Below, in pieces: positions 13,713 through 27,464 of a stretch of DNA of 64,000 bases. The notes beneath the pieces are model-generated. The model was given only the letters and a program-made list of their open reading frames with translations. It ran no database searches and was not told the DNA's origin. The position numbers and the translations under genes are program-made. The stretch comes from Octopus vulgaris (taxonomy: Eukaryota), in contig OX597824.1 in NCBI GenBank assembly GCA_951406725.2, positions 3,286,001 through 3,350,000 of the forward strand, read 5' to 3'. Positions within the stretch are counted from its first letter, which is position 1, and each line of letters starts with the position of its first letter.

Positions 13713-15396
13713 CACAAAAACTCCCGTGAATTTTAACAACTAAAGACGTTTTACGTAAAGTTTTCCCGTTTTACGTAAAGCTTTGACCATTTTCATCAAT
13801 AAACCTCCTCAAAGACAGAGATTCTCAAAGTAAAGAAATTAATTATGAGTGGTTACGAGTGCTACAAAGAAGTTTAGAGATTGGAATTAGGATTGTCAAA
13901 TAACTTAATTATTGTTAACAAGTAACAAGATTTTGTGGTCTGCTAATGTCTCTCTTGACCACACTAATATTTTTTATAAGTTTCTATTTCTTATTAAGCC
14001 AGAACATTTGAAGAATTGACATATTTAATAACAGTTGGATAAATGGAACAGTATTCAAGGGGTATCAAATAATAAGTTCAAGTTTTCACTGCAGAATATA
14101 GTAAATGGTAATAAGAAGACTGCTCATAATTATTGAGGAGAAATTAAGAGGAAAGAATGAGAATATCTGTTACAAAACTGACTTCAAGTGGTTCCTCAGG
14201 TCGTTCGAGGCAATCAAGGAGAAACATGAGAATATTTCGCACAGCATTGAATGACAAAGCTCCATAGAGTACGATAGGCTTTTCTGTAAAGAAATGTAGA
14301 AGAGGGTGAGTGACCGTCTCATGCAACGGAGCATCAAAGCTCCGTATAACCTTCTAGATGATTCTGCCAAGGGCTCAATTAACCCCATGGAGCTTTTGTA
14401 GAAGCTATTTGGTTGGAAGATCTTAGCTCAGTCAATTTGATTAGTTAAACCATGTTCACGTAGGCATGAAAGCCTTTTCTAATGGCAATGGCCAGCCAGC
14501 CAGCCATGGTCCTGAACTAGGTATTCACAGACACGCTTCAATAATCTGATTATGATTCTTTGACTTTTGAATCCTTGTGTTTTAATGACTCATTCAGAAG
14601 AATGGTAAGGGACTTGTGAACTACTTCAATGCCTCTGAGACAGGTGGGAGAAAGCGTAGGTTCGACAAGTCACAATATTGCCCTTGGTCAAACAAGCTTG
14701 TCAGTTAAGGTGGGGACGCTAAAAGTAGCTTTTCCCTTTGGCAGTTAAGAAACTTGTTGCAATATCTGTATAGTTGATGATAGATGTCAGCACGCCGAGC
14801 ATTTTATCTGTCCTTGCATTCTGAGTTCAAATTCCACCAAGGTTGACTTTGCCTTTCACTCCTTTGGGGTCGATAAAATAATTACCAAAGTTAGAGCACT
14901 GGGTAGGTGGGGGGAGGGAATCGGTGAAATCGATTTAACCGCTCCCCTGAAATTGCTGGCCTTGTGCCAAAATTTGAAACCATTATATTATTACAACATA
15001 ATACTACCTTGTAAATGGGAGGATGCAGGGTTGACAGAACAGCCACAAATATAATTCCAGGACTTACCATCATGGAAAGAGGTTATGTGTAGTTTGTAGA
15101 ACTGGCTACCCAGGATATTACTGGTATCTATCACATCGCTACAAAGCACCTTGACCGAGTGGAATCGAACCCGGAGTCATATGCTTACGACAAAATCTTT
15201 TTGAGCCAATCAGCAATATCTGCAAGGAATATATTTTATAAGAATATGCGGAAAGGAAAATATTCTATGATTTTCGGGATTTATAAAAAAGATAACTTGT
15301 AGAAAATTTTTATACAAAACTATTTATGGTCGGATAACAACGGTGGTTGCAAGAGTTCTCTCCCCTGCACTTGCTAAATTTTTGCTTTTGCTCTTA

Positions 15397-15675
15397 ATAA
15401 TAATGAAATTAATGTATACAGTGCTCAGGTGCACCACAACTTGTGAAAAGTGCATATAAAGCATATGCAGTAATGTACAAATGTCTGGGAAGTGAACAGT
15501 GTATGAGTCAGATACATGCTTTGCGTGTGTATGGAGGGGAGAAAATCAGGTGTAGTGTTGGCGAATCTCAGGAAGCATGGAAGTTTTGAAGGATGCAGTG
15601 CTCCGACAACTAACAACTGATGCCGGCAGTTTGTTCCATGCTTCAGCAACTCTCAGCGTGAAAAAGTGCTTCCGA
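15397..15675 (-). mobile_element. CR1-type LINE 3' end
   Basis: Reverse-complement match to 39862-40140 (FFTLRVAEAWNKLPASVV and 3' UTR). Confidence 0.85.
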
Positions 15676-15854
15676 TAAAATGTTTCCCTTCTTCGCGGGG
15701 TCGATAGAATAAAGTGTCACTCGAAAACTTTCCAGTCATATTTTAATTCTAGAAACAATCCAAAATATTTAATATTTTCGTTATTGTTCCGAAGGCGGGC
15801 CAAATGTTTTTGTGACATTTTTTTTTTCCCCGACTCATTTACGCTCTCAGTTCA

Positions 15855-16112
15855 ATCATCATTCATCATTGTTCGACCGTGGTCGAGACAATGGAATTTA
15901 CCATTCTACGCCAGACTTCACGGTCCATCATGGCATTACGGAGGTCCTGTTGCTGGATACCTGTATCCCTGGAGATTACATCAGGGTAGGAGAGTGTGCG
16001 CCCTCTGGTATTGTGAGTAGATGGCTTCCAGAGGAGAAGAGTAGAAATTACCTCTTTTTCAGCTTTACAACAATGTCCAGCAAACTGGACTCTCTTACCT
16101 TTCACAACTTGC
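15855..16112 (-). mobile_element. RTE-like LINE C-terminal fragment
   Basis: RVQFAGHCCKAEKEVISTLLLWKP...RGR...DREVWRRMV then a tga/atg tail. Confidence 0.75.
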
Positions 16113-16881
16113 CTTCCATTCTTTCGTGGTCGATAAAATAAGAACCAGCTGAGCACCGCACGGATCCATGAAATCGGCTTCCTTCCCCCACCCCCACCCT
16201 CTAACATTGCTGGCTTTGTGCCGAAACTGGAAAGATTTTACAACCTAGAGGTTGCACATCGACCTTCTTAACCACGTAACCATGCAGATTATTCAAATAT
16301 ACATTCTATAAATAATCGACTATGTTGATAAAACAGAAGAAGCATTTCGTTAACAAACCATAAAAACGAAAACCAACCTCACTTGATTCTGCAAAAGTGG
16401 GTAAACAATAAGGAAAAAAGGAAACAATGACCAGAATAGATTACGTTTAGCGAAATGATAGAAGGGTGTAAGGGAGATAACTCTAATACAACTCTTACAA
16501 CTCTTAACTGGATTGAATTATTTCCTATTTCTTGTGTGGCTGGGAAGTAGACGTCTCTCCACATATGCCACTCCCGCACCATTTAAGACCAAATTTGTTC
16601 GGCTGGTGCCTCTCAAGGCATCATGGTCCCTGCCCAAACATGTAAAATACATTACAGACGCAGTCTCCGAATTTATATTGGTACAAATACTATTTGCAAT
16701 ATTCAAAACAAAAAAGTCGCAGAACCCACGCGTCTGTTTCACGGACAAAATCTCCACCTAATTAATTCTCCACCTAATTAATTCTCCACCTAATTAATTC
16801 TAATTAAAACATTAAATGAAATTTTCAACTTTCAACATATTTTTAATTCTCTTCTTACACAAAATGCAAGCTTCCCATTTT

Positions 16882-16885
<4 letters not shown>

Positions 16886-16953
<68 letters not shown>
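16886..16953. repeat. (GT)n microsatellite
   Basis: Pure run. Confidence 0.97.
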
Positions 16954-16956
<3 letters not shown>

Positions 16957-17255
16957 TGTAAGAGTTTCTTCAGCTTTGTCTAAACCGAAAAGAGATTCTC
17001 TCCTTGTTAAATGACACAAAAAGTTGATTTAGCAAGTGAATAATTTTTTAAATGATGAATAGCATTTATTTTTTTAAAATAAACTCGTTCGATTTTCAGT
17101 CGCTTTGCTGATAGCAAAATGATGATTTTAAAATTTCAAAGTAAGTTCATGGGACTTAAATCTGGCGAGTCTACAAGTTGTTTACAACTTTTTCCTCTTT
17201 GATTCAGCTGAAACATTTACGGCGGATGCTTTCAATTCCATCTAAACTTTGTGTA

Positions 17256-17760
17256 TCAGGTCATCCCATAAGTTCCGTCCGATTTTACCTTTTTTAAAAT
17301 TGAATGAAATTTAATAGTATTTTAGAACGTCTAATGGAATTAAAAATTATTTTTTATGCATTTGTGTACATTTAAACTAATTAAATATTATTTTATTGAA
17401 TAATATAATTAAAATTTCTTTGATTAAAACCTTTTTTAACATGGAAGTATTCAAAGAGCATTTAAGGCACATAATGCTTTATGAGTACAAAAAAGGAAAC
17501 TCTGCGGTCGAAGCGATTCGAAACATACACTCAGTTTATGGGAAAGAATGCTTGAATGAAAGAACTTGCAGAAGATGGTTTGCGAAATTCAGAAGTGGAA
17601 ATTTCAGCTTTGAAGATGAAGATCGAACAGGACGTCCATTTGAGTTTGATGATAAGCTCCTTGAGGCATTAGTTGAAGAAAATCCTGCATTATCAGTTGA
17701 AGAATAGGCAATAAAGCTTAGTTCAAACCATACAACTGTTCATCGTCATCTTCAACAACG
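17256..17760 (+). mobile_element. mariner transposon 5' fragment (TIR + N-terminal HTH), inactive
   Basis: TA-tcaggtcatcccataagttccgt terminus; MEVFKEHLRHIMLYEYKKG...RRWFAKFRSGNFSFEDEDRTGRP from 17441; stop at 17705; no DDD domain. Confidence 0.85.
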
Positions 17761-17984
17761 AAGATTATTATTTTGAAACGAAGATTATTATTTTTGCTAC
17801 TAAAGAAAGCAGTGTCTTCGTGATGTGCTCCACGTCTTGTTGCCATGACGATGGGATGTATTTGTCGACGATACTGTTACTACAAAATCGAAAAGCCAAG
17901 TTCGATCCCAGACACCTCACGAGATTAACAAAACGAAATTTTCTGTCAACGTGTGTACTGACACTCTCCCATGTCTATATATTA

Positions 17985-19210
17985 TAGATCATGCGTCCCT
18001 GTAGCCTTCTTCTAGCAACCTTCTGGCTGTCAAGGTGCTCCTACATGCTTTCTGATGTAAGCATGTTTTCTAATGCTTTCTAATAGTAAGCAAGTGATTG
18101 GTTTATAGTTGCTAGCTGTATTACCTTAGCTTTTATCTTTCATAATGAGTATTGTCCTCCCTCTAGTCATCCAATCTGGTATTATTCCTCCATTAAGACA
18201 ATCCTGAAGTTGCTCCCTCAGCCTCCCATGTAAACTACTAAATTTGTTTTCACCATTACCCTGAACTAAATCTGGTCCTGGGCCCTTCCTATTCGACATT
18301 TTTTTCTAACACTTTACTCGTTAGTCTTAGATCTGGTTGCTTTTCACTCACTCCTTCTTTCCTCACTTTCTTTAACCATACTGCATCTCCATCATGATTG
18401 ACTGGCTTATACCAAATATTACTCCATAACTTTCTAGCTTCTTCTGCATTAGGTTTCTCACATTCAGTAATTCGTTCTCCATTATTTATTTGGTTATAAA
18501 ATCTGTCTCAAATAATCAATTCTATTGATACTGATCTATTCTTTTCTGATATCTGGAAAACTTATCTGCAACGGCTATAATATGCTGTTTCAACTCTTCT
18601 ATGGCTGTCCCAAATCCTTTCTATTTCTCTAAGTATCTTTTCTCAAGGGAAGATTTGAATCTTGTATTTTCTATCATGTTCGGTTTCCAGGCTTCTAGTC
18701 TACTCAGATCTTGTCTTAAAGTCTTCACATTATTTTGTAATCTTTCCCTGTGAAATACCTAATCTTCTAGTAACTATTACCCCTCCTGCATCGATCAATA
18801 AGTTGGTGTCTGTGATATTTTTAGTATCTATCCTACTGATAACAAAATCTGCTTTCCTACTCATTTCTAACATCTTCCTTCTGTTGGTGTCTTTTAATGT
18901 TGGCAATCTTTTTCTTACTTCTTTACACATTACTTCCTGCAACTCATCCAAAATCTTTTCATCTTCCTCACTTAAACCACTTAAGTCATTGGTGCCAGTT
19001 GTCCTTTCCTTATTGGTAGTGCTGTTATTATTTTTCTTTTGGTTCTTCTTTGGTTTCAGGTGTATCTCTTGTTTGTCTTTCCTACTGCCTGGTCTTTCTT
19101 TTCCAGTTCCCTTCTGATCTCTTCAACCTCCAATTCCGTCATCCACTTTCTCTCCTAATAGCATTTGCTTGATCTACAAGACTCTGCTCAGTCACTTTAA
19201 ACATACCCTT
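17985..19210 (-). mobile_element. R4/Dong retrotransposon N-terminal/RT-start fragment, heavily decayed
   Basis: TEQSLVDQANAIRR..W.TELEVEEIRR and KGPGPDLVQG...LREQLQDCLNGGIIPDWMTRGRT motifs with frameshifts. Confidence 0.75.
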
Positions 19211-19223
19211 CTTCTTCTTCTTC

Positions 19224-19260
<37 letters not shown>

Positions 19261-19261
<1 letters not shown>

Positions 19262-19431
19262 GCTTTTGCACAGCTTCTAACGCTGGAGATCTACTACAGT
19301 GTCAGCTGTTCACTAACAGTGAACTAAGGTAACACCTTATTTTTCGAGCACCTTCCGGAGTATTCGAGCGGTTCCAAGCAGTGCTGTTTTCTGCAAGTGC
19401 GCCACCCTTAATGCGACCCCTATTTGTTCCA

Positions 19432-19432
<1 letters not shown>
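19261..19432 (-). mobile_element. R4/Dong 3' end fragment between two (TTA)n tracts
   Basis: Matches 2817-2990; (TTA)n at 19224-19260 and 19432-19517. Confidence 0.85.
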
Positions 19433-19518
<86 letters not shown>

Positions 19519-20414
19519 CATCATCATCATCATCATTGTTATTGTTGTTGTTGTTGTTGTTATCATTATTATTATTGTTATTACCATTATGCTTTCTGTT
19601 CTTTTTGTTTACTTTCTACCTTCTTTCTTCATTCCCTTTTATGTGAAATTTTGTCAAACACAAGCAGAAAAAACCCCCACGACTCTCCCTCATCGTTCTC
19701 CACCTCCTCCTTTTTTTTCCTTTCTCCTCCCACGTCAGCCATCCATCCTCCATCCTCCACCTCCATCCTCTCATCTTTTTGTTTAATTGATCGACAGGTT
19801 TACAAGAAAGCAAATAAATTCAAAGTCCATAATGAAACCCCTGTAATGGCTTTCACAGTAAGAGCTTCTTCAATGAATGAAGCTGTGTGGAGGAGCTAAT
19901 ATGAGCAAACAAGGGTTGTCGTTTAAGATTTTGTCGGATCTGATCAAACAAACCCATATATCAAAAGACATTCCCACAATGACCATCCCGTCTATTTGAG
20001 TTTCTCACAAACAGTATATCCAGTGTCACAACACTTAAATGTGTGATTTCCTTATTTGAATCTATAACATGAAGAAGAATTAGCTGTTACTTCTAGCATC
20101 TTTAATGACCACACACAGGCCGCCGTGTCGTTGTTGTTTGGTAAATGGTGGATGCGGAAGAGACAGCTGCAATTGGCACCGAGCAAACATCATATCGTTT
20201 TACCATATTTAACGACTGGAAGCTGTTCAAACACAAAACACACGGCAACAAAGATGCATTTATTCCAATATTTCAAGGGTTCAATAATAACAATTTAGCA
20301 AAACGATAAGGAGGGGACGACGACTGTGGTGGGGATGGAGCCTTTATGAATCTATGGCCTTATGTGTGTCACTGCGTGGGTTTGCAGGTCAGTACACATA
20401 CACATACACACCTA

Positions 20415-20417
<3 letters not shown>

Positions 20418-20450
<33 letters not shown>

Positions 20451-20715
20451 GCTCTGCACACACACACACACACACATTCATACATATACATACCTATCAC
20501 TCTTTCTCTCTCTCTCTCTCCTTCTCTCTCTCTCTCTTTCACCCTCTCTCTTTTTATCTCTCTCTTTTTCTCTCTCTCTTTTTCTCTCTCTCTTTTCTCT
20601 CTCTCTCTCTCTTTCCCCCCTTTCTCTTTTTCTCTCTCTCTTTTTTCTCTCTTTGTCTCTCTCTCTTTTTCTCTCTCTCTCTCTTTCTCTCTCTCTCTTT
20701 CCTCCTTTCTCTTTT

Positions 20716-20776
<61 letters not shown>

Positions 20777-20785
20777 CTCTCTCTA
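20418..20785. repeat. Polypyrimidine (CT)n-derived tract
   Basis: Near-continuous C/T run with a short CA interruption. Confidence 0.95.
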
Positions 20786-20804
20786 TATATATATATATAT
20801 ATCT

Positions 20805-20840
<36 letters not shown>

Positions 20841-20853
20841 ACACATACATATA

Positions 20854-21970
20854 CAGGGTATTCAGGCTAAATTTTCTATATCGCCTTTCTTTGAAGAACA
20901 GCTTGAAGTATCAGAGAACAGTCAACAGTGTTGAAGGGCATAAAAGCTTAAAGCTGAGGTTGAGAACAAGTTATCTAAGGCGGAGGACTGGGAGCCATTG
21001 GGGAGAAGAGTTGTATGTGTCCTGAGGATTCGTGCAGGGTGTCAAGATGCTGACACCATGACTGCTGCTGTTGCTGTTGAGGAGAAGCGGTCTTCGTCCC
21101 AGTCTGTAGTGGGAGAAGTCCGAAACGTGGTCCTTTGCTATTCGTAAGACCCGCAGAAGAGAAAGCAGGTCAACCCCCGACACCGAGAGCATTGATGGAT
21201 GGATGAATGCGCACCCAACTCAGCGGTTGCGTAGGAAGTCGGGAACAAGAAACAGGAAGAAAGAGTGAGAGAAAGTTGGGGCGAAAGAGTACAGCAGGGA
21301 TGGCCACCACCCCATGCCAGAGCCTCGTGGAGCTTTAGGTGTTGTCGCTCAATAAACACACACAACGCCCGGTCTGGGAATCGAAACCGCAATCCTCCGA
21401 CCGCGAGTCCGCTGCCCTAACCACTGGGCCATTGTGCCTCCACCATGACTGCTGCTCAATGCTCTGTAAACACTGTAAAGGCTGTAGGATGAGACAGAGA
21501 TAGCTGTAACGGAGACTATGAAACCGTGTCCAGTAGGAAGGGACACAGCAGGGGATCTGACTGCATCCATACACCAGAATTCATCTCCATATCTTTGAAA
21601 AGAGCCTTAGGCACAATTCAGATGGCGATGGGAAGCTGCTGGAGACCATGGTCAATCCCAGGATGAAGAGGGTTCTTGCTGAAAGGCCATATACAGCAGC
21701 AGGGTTCAGCTCTTTGCCGTAACTCTGAAAATAGTCAGAAGTGGTTGTCAGAGAATTCCTAGACTTCACCAGCCCCGTTTTCGTCAACGACAAGGAAATG
21801 TATGATGACCTTCACTGGGACGCAGCGAGGGATGCATGTGTCAGGCTCTTGAGCCATCTTGAGGTCATGGTTGGAAGCTGAAGCGAGTTGGGGGGCTACT
21901 TTGAGTAAACTGTTATCTCCCAGCCATAATTTAGTTGATAGTTTTTCATTTTTCACTTTTACTTTTGGAA
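20854..21970 (+). mobile_element. Tc1/mariner (maT/DD37D-like) transposon remnant, internally deleted, interrupted by a SINE
   Basis: TA-cagggt start; decayed motifs RKGHSRGSDCIHTPEF, QQGSALC..SQKWLSEN..DFTSP and terminal GGYFE*. Confidence 0.6.
21070..21440 (-). mobile_element. tRNA-derived SINE family E with 16-bp target-site duplication
   Basis: Head tggcccagtggttagggcagcggactcgcgg...ggtttcgattccc; caccatgactgctgct repeated at 21054-21069 and 21441-21456. Confidence 0.85.
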
Positions 21971-21979
21971 GTTCTATTT

Positions 21980-22041
<62 letters not shown>

Positions 22042-22190
22042 TTAACATCCCTTTTCCATGTTGGCATGGGTTGAGAGCTGCACTAGGTTCCAGTTTGATT
22101 ACATATGTAGGTGTATATAATATATACACACAGAAGTGTGTATAATTTTGTATAGAATCATATATATTAATCAGTGAAATTCCAACTTAG

Positions 22191-22396
22191 GGCGCCGGGC
22201 GAAATGCTTAGCGGTATTTCGTCTGCCGTTACGTTCTGAGTTCAAATTCCGCCGAGGTCGACTTTGCCTTTCATCCTTTCAGGGTCATTTAAATAAGTAC
22301 CAGTTATGCACTGGTGTCGATATAATCGACTTAATTCGTTTGTCTGTCCTTGTTTGTCCTCTCTGTGTTTAGCCCCTTGAGGGTAGTAATGAAACA
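22191..22396 (+). mobile_element. SINE family B with 15-bp TSD
   Basis: gaaattccaa(c/a)ttag at 22176-22190 and 22397-22411. Confidence 0.85.
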
Positions 22397-22400
22397 GAAA

Positions 22401-22661
22401 TTCCAAATTAGTCTGATTTTCACGTTTTGTTATTTACAATTTTTTACAATTTTACAATTTCGAAATAAACTTATAATTTCATGTATTACGCAGTCATCAA
22501 GTCAACATATTGACAGACGTGTTCCACAATTGACAGTCGTGGAACGCAACTGTCAATACAGAAACACCTGATGATTGTGTAACGCATGGAAAAAGTACAA
22601 GTTTATTTCAAGATTGTAAAAATTGTAAATAACAAAACGTGAAAATCAGACTAAGTTGGAA
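22401..22661. repeat. Fold-back element with degenerate hammerhead-like core
   Basis: ttagtctgattttcacgttttgttatttacaatt pairs with aattgtaaataacaaaacgtgaaaatcagactaa; CTGATGA at 22568-22574. Confidence 0.8.
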
Positions 22662-22677
22662 AGTTATTGTCTAACAT

Positions 22678-22717
<40 letters not shown>

Positions 22718-22744
22718 CCATCACCATCACCATCACCATCATCC

Positions 22745-22789
<45 letters not shown>

Positions 22790-22790
<1 letters not shown>

Positions 22791-23132
22791 AATTTAGCGC
22801 CTGCTTCCAATGCTGGCATGGGTCAGACGATTTGACTGGAACTGGTTAGCTGCAGAGCTACACCAGACTCCAGTCTGATTTGGCATGGTTTCTATAGCTG
22901 GATGCCCTTTGTAACGCCAACCACTCCGAGAGCATAATGGGTGCTTTCTATGTGCCACCGGTACAAGTGTCAGTCAAATGACGCCGGCATTGGCCACAAC
23001 TACAATTTCACATGGCTTGATGAGTCGTCTCAAGCACAGCACATCACCAATGGTCATGGTCACTTGTCGCTGCCTCTGTGATGCCCAACGTTCAAAGGGT
23101 GCTTTTTACATGCCACTGGCATGGGACATGCC
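22790..23132 (-). mobile_element. RTE 3' UTR fragment (family C)
   Basis: Similarity to the other family C copies; long (cat)n tail 22677-22790. Confidence 0.75.
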
Positions 23133-23812
<680 letters not shown>

Positions 23813-23819
23813 ATATGTT

Positions 23820-23875
<56 letters not shown>

Positions 23876-24406
23876 GATATATGTATGTGTATGTTTATAC
23901 ATACATGCATGCATATATTTATATTAGTATGAATACATATATATGTGTGTGTGTGTGTGCATGTAGGCATGTATTTATGTATATATGCATGTATGTATGT
24001 ACATGTGTGTGTGTGTGTGTATATACGCACATACAATATATTATTGCCTTTCATTCATAAGACAGCACTTAGTGAGGAGAAAATTTGTGTGCATACGTGT
24101 ATTTATTTTGCATGTGCAGCATGTGTGCGTGCATGCGCATATGTGTGTGTATGCCTGTGTGTGTCTGTTTATGTGTGTCAGTGTATGTGTGTGTATGTGT
24201 GTGTGTGTGTGTTTGTATATACTGGTTATATATAATGGTGTCTGTGTACGTGTGTATTTATTACAAAGATTTGCTGTCGGTGAACTAAGAATGTAAACAT
24301 CTTCCCTTGCTATTGATGTGCAGAGAATCACAAAACAGATAAAATAGACAATGTTATGTACATGTATGCATGTATGCATAGTTACATATATATATATATA
24401 TGTATA

Positions 24407-24510
<104 letters not shown>

Positions 24511-24517
24511 TATATAT

Positions 24518-24596
<79 letters not shown>

Positions 24597-24821
24597 GATA
24601 TTTATATATATATACATATATATAGAGAGATTTATAGGATTTCATATATTTATGAGTACTTATCTATTTATTTATAAGTATATATTATATACACATATAT
24701 AGGCACATGTATATCAATGTGTGTGTGTATGTGTGTGTATGTGTTTGAATGTGTTCCTCAATACGTCACAGATATATGTATGCATATAAGTAAACAACAC
24801 ACATGTGTAAACACACTAATC

Positions 24822-24852
<31 letters not shown>

Positions 24853-24876
24853 ACATACACACACACACACACACAT

Positions 24877-24914
<38 letters not shown>

Positions 24915-26133
24915 TTACTGAGTTCTGACGAGAAATAACTGAGAAGCCATATTATGAATGCTGAGTTTTACTGGTAAAATATAAATTTTGTGATGAAGAA
25001 AAACATTTTCATGGAATTCGATATAAGCAGGAATATATGTGAAATTCTTTCAAAATTCATTTTCATCTGTTTATTCATGTTATTTATATATTCGCATCCA
25101 CAGCTGATATAGTTGTAGAAATTTGCCTGGAATTTATATGGAAATGTCTTTGCAATTATACAGATTTTGGTGACTACTAAAATTTTTCTTAAATATACAT
25201 TATTTCAAAAAATGATAATCGGATATACCTGTCGGCTATTTATCATTCCTCTCAAAGAAAGGACATAAGCAAAAATACTTTCTGGAAGTATTATTTTAAT
25301 TATTGAAAACTTTACCTGTTTTTATAAATATTTTCTACGAGAATATTTTGCTTGTTTAATTTAGTCAACCTGGGAATTAACTGATTGTTTTGGGTTTTTT
25401 TTTTTCTCCTGGAGGAATATGATAATGTTCAAATATTATCCTGGTTATAATGAAATATTTGAGCATTTCTTCGCACACCTGTGTTTGTAATATTGTTTGC
25501 TGAGATTGAGGAATCTTAAATAGTAATTATAAAAGAAAAGGAGGTCTTACAAACTGAAACTTGTGACTTTAGGTGGCTTTTATTAATCAAAACTAGTTTG
25601 GTTGTTTGTTTGTTTTTTGGTTTGTTTTGTTTCTTTACCCTAAAAGAAGCAGGGTAAAGATATTTCAACTAAAACTTAATCAAAAAGGCCTTTATGTCTT
25701 TACGAACCCACCTGGTTTGATGATATAAAATTCATATTTAAAGGGATCAGAGCTAACTCCTTCCATCAAAATTTCAACACCTGTTTAATAATGACAATAA
25801 TTTTACAAGATTCCTCATTATTTTCAAGCTTAATTGAAGCAGAGGAAGCATACTTCAAAAGAAATATGGTTAAAGAAGGTTTAAATTGTTTGTGGACGAT
25901 ATTAAAAAGTAAATTCCATTTCTGGTCTTGTTTCAAGCTTGATTAAAACTATTTCACTCTGCATATGAAATACTCTTGAGAAAAGCATGAACATTACAAC
26001 AACTCATTTACAGTCAGCTGAAATATTACCTGAGTTCATTTAATATTTAGCTGAAGATTCCATTCAATAAAGTATTTTTTCTTTTCCTTTGAAAAGAATT
26101 TTCTTTCACTCTTTTAAGAAAAATTGCTACCAA

Positions 26134-27357
26134 ATGGAGTGCAACTATTCGTTTCAATATATCACAGAAAATGGTCAACTGTGGAATTATTCAGAAATAA
26201 GGAACCTCACTGAATCCCTGTGTTGCATTGATGACATTATTCAACACATCCCTAATATTGTCTGGAAATCATGTTGTTTAAGCAACTTGACACATATTTC
26301 GGATATAATTTGGCTCTATTTTCCTCCCATTTTGATTCTTGTGGGAAATGTTACAAATTGTTTGTCTTTGGTAATTCTGTGGAGACCGAAATTAAAGAGA
26401 AACATCATCAGAAATGAACTTATTGCTTTAGCCCTTTCCAATCTATTCATCATTGATTTCTCTCTACTTTTAAAATACCTTTATTCCTTGGATATTAATC
26501 TTTACACAGAGAATCAAATTGTATGTAAGATTACAAAATGGCTATTTGACCCAGTTGGGATCTTTAATTCTTGGTTACTTGTACTCATTTCAATTCAAAG
26601 AGTTACTGCTGTCATGAAGCCAATCTTAATGAGGAATCCAAATAATGAAAACGGTTCCAAGAAGCAAATTATAATTCTGTTAACCATTTGTATATTGCTA
26701 GAATCTCATGTACTATATGGACATGGCTTGGAATACAAGACCAAACCAGAAACCAACACGACTATTCTCATTACAACTTGTGGTATTATCAATTCTACTT
26801 ACAAGCAATTTTACCGTTATTGGGTTATTTTGGAAATATTTTTTCTAAGTTACATTCCAACTCTTTTTCTTTTCACTTGTAATATTCTAATTGTTCTCAA
26901 ACTAAGGCAACACTATGCCAACAAGGAACTTTTCAATAACTCAACACAACCAGCGACCATTAACACTCGCAAAATGCGAGCAATGCAAAATTTAAAATTG
27001 GTCTTTTACACTAACACAGCTTTTATTGCTTCTCAGGCTCCCATGAGCTTGGTCTTTCTGATTTATGAGCCATGGGACAAGGTAAACAATTCCACAAACA
27101 CCTGTACTTTCTCATTACTTTATGCAATTAGCACAATGGTCATGTACTGTAAGTATTCTTCAGATATCATATACTTTGCAGTTATTTCAGACTTCAGAAA
27201 AGAAATGCTTAAGACTTTTAGATGTATGAAAGCGAGAAACTTTATCACTTTTACGGAACATTCTAGTTTCACAGTGCAATCATCTTTCGTTAATTCAAGA
27301 AGAACATCTCAGCCAATATTCACAGAAAATCATTTATCAGATGCTTCAAGGAAATGA
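26134..27357 (+). CDS. Class A (rhodopsin-like) GPCR, peptide-receptor-like/FMRFamide-receptor-like orphan, single coding exon, 407 aa
   Basis: Seven hydrophobic segments; TM1 VGNVTN, TM2 LALSN, TM3 C...SIQRVTAVMKP, ECL2 Cys, TM5 IP, TM6 QAP, helix 8 FRKEM; N-terminal N-glycosylation sequons. First ATG is 26134 (the track start 26089 is TTG). Confidence 0.9.
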   Translation: MECNYSFQYITENGQLWNYSEIRNLTESLCCIDDIIQHIPNIVWKSCCLSNLTHISDIIWLYFPPILILVGNVTNCLSLVILWRPKLKRNIIRNELIALALSNLFIIDFSLLLKYLYSLDINLYTENQIVCKITKWLFDPVGIFNSWLLVLISIQRVTAVMKPILMRNPNNENGSKKQIIILLTICILLESHVLYGHGLEYKTKPETNTTILITTCGIINSTYKQFYRYWVILEIFFLSYIPTLFLFTCNILIVLKLRQHYANKELFNNSTQPATINTRKMRAMQNLKLVFYTNTAFIASQAPMSLVFLIYEPWDKVNNSTNTCTFSLLYAISTMVMYCKYSSDIIYFAVISDFRKEMLKTFRCMKARNFITFTEHSSFTVQSSFVNSRRTSQPIFTENHLSDASRK

Positions 27358-27464
27358 TTTTTTAAAAGATTTTTGCATAACTATATGTTATTTATGCAAT
27401 CCAATTTTTTTAACTACTCTTTTTCTATATATGTAGATATATATATATATATATATATATATAA

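Noticed and set aside
17396-17707. Possible SETMAR-like host gene
   Set aside because: No SET domain, has a premature stop and a TIR; plain mariner remnant
21365-21440. tRNA-like sequences (also at 4400, 38621, 42300, 49850, 50993)
   Set aside because: They are SINE heads with body, tail and in one case a TSD; no complete cloverleaf was seen
26089-26133. ORF-track N-terminal extension of the GPCR
   Set aside because: Starts at TTG within a pyrimidine tract with AG sites resembling a splice acceptor; first ATG is 26134. An upstream coding exon is not excluded
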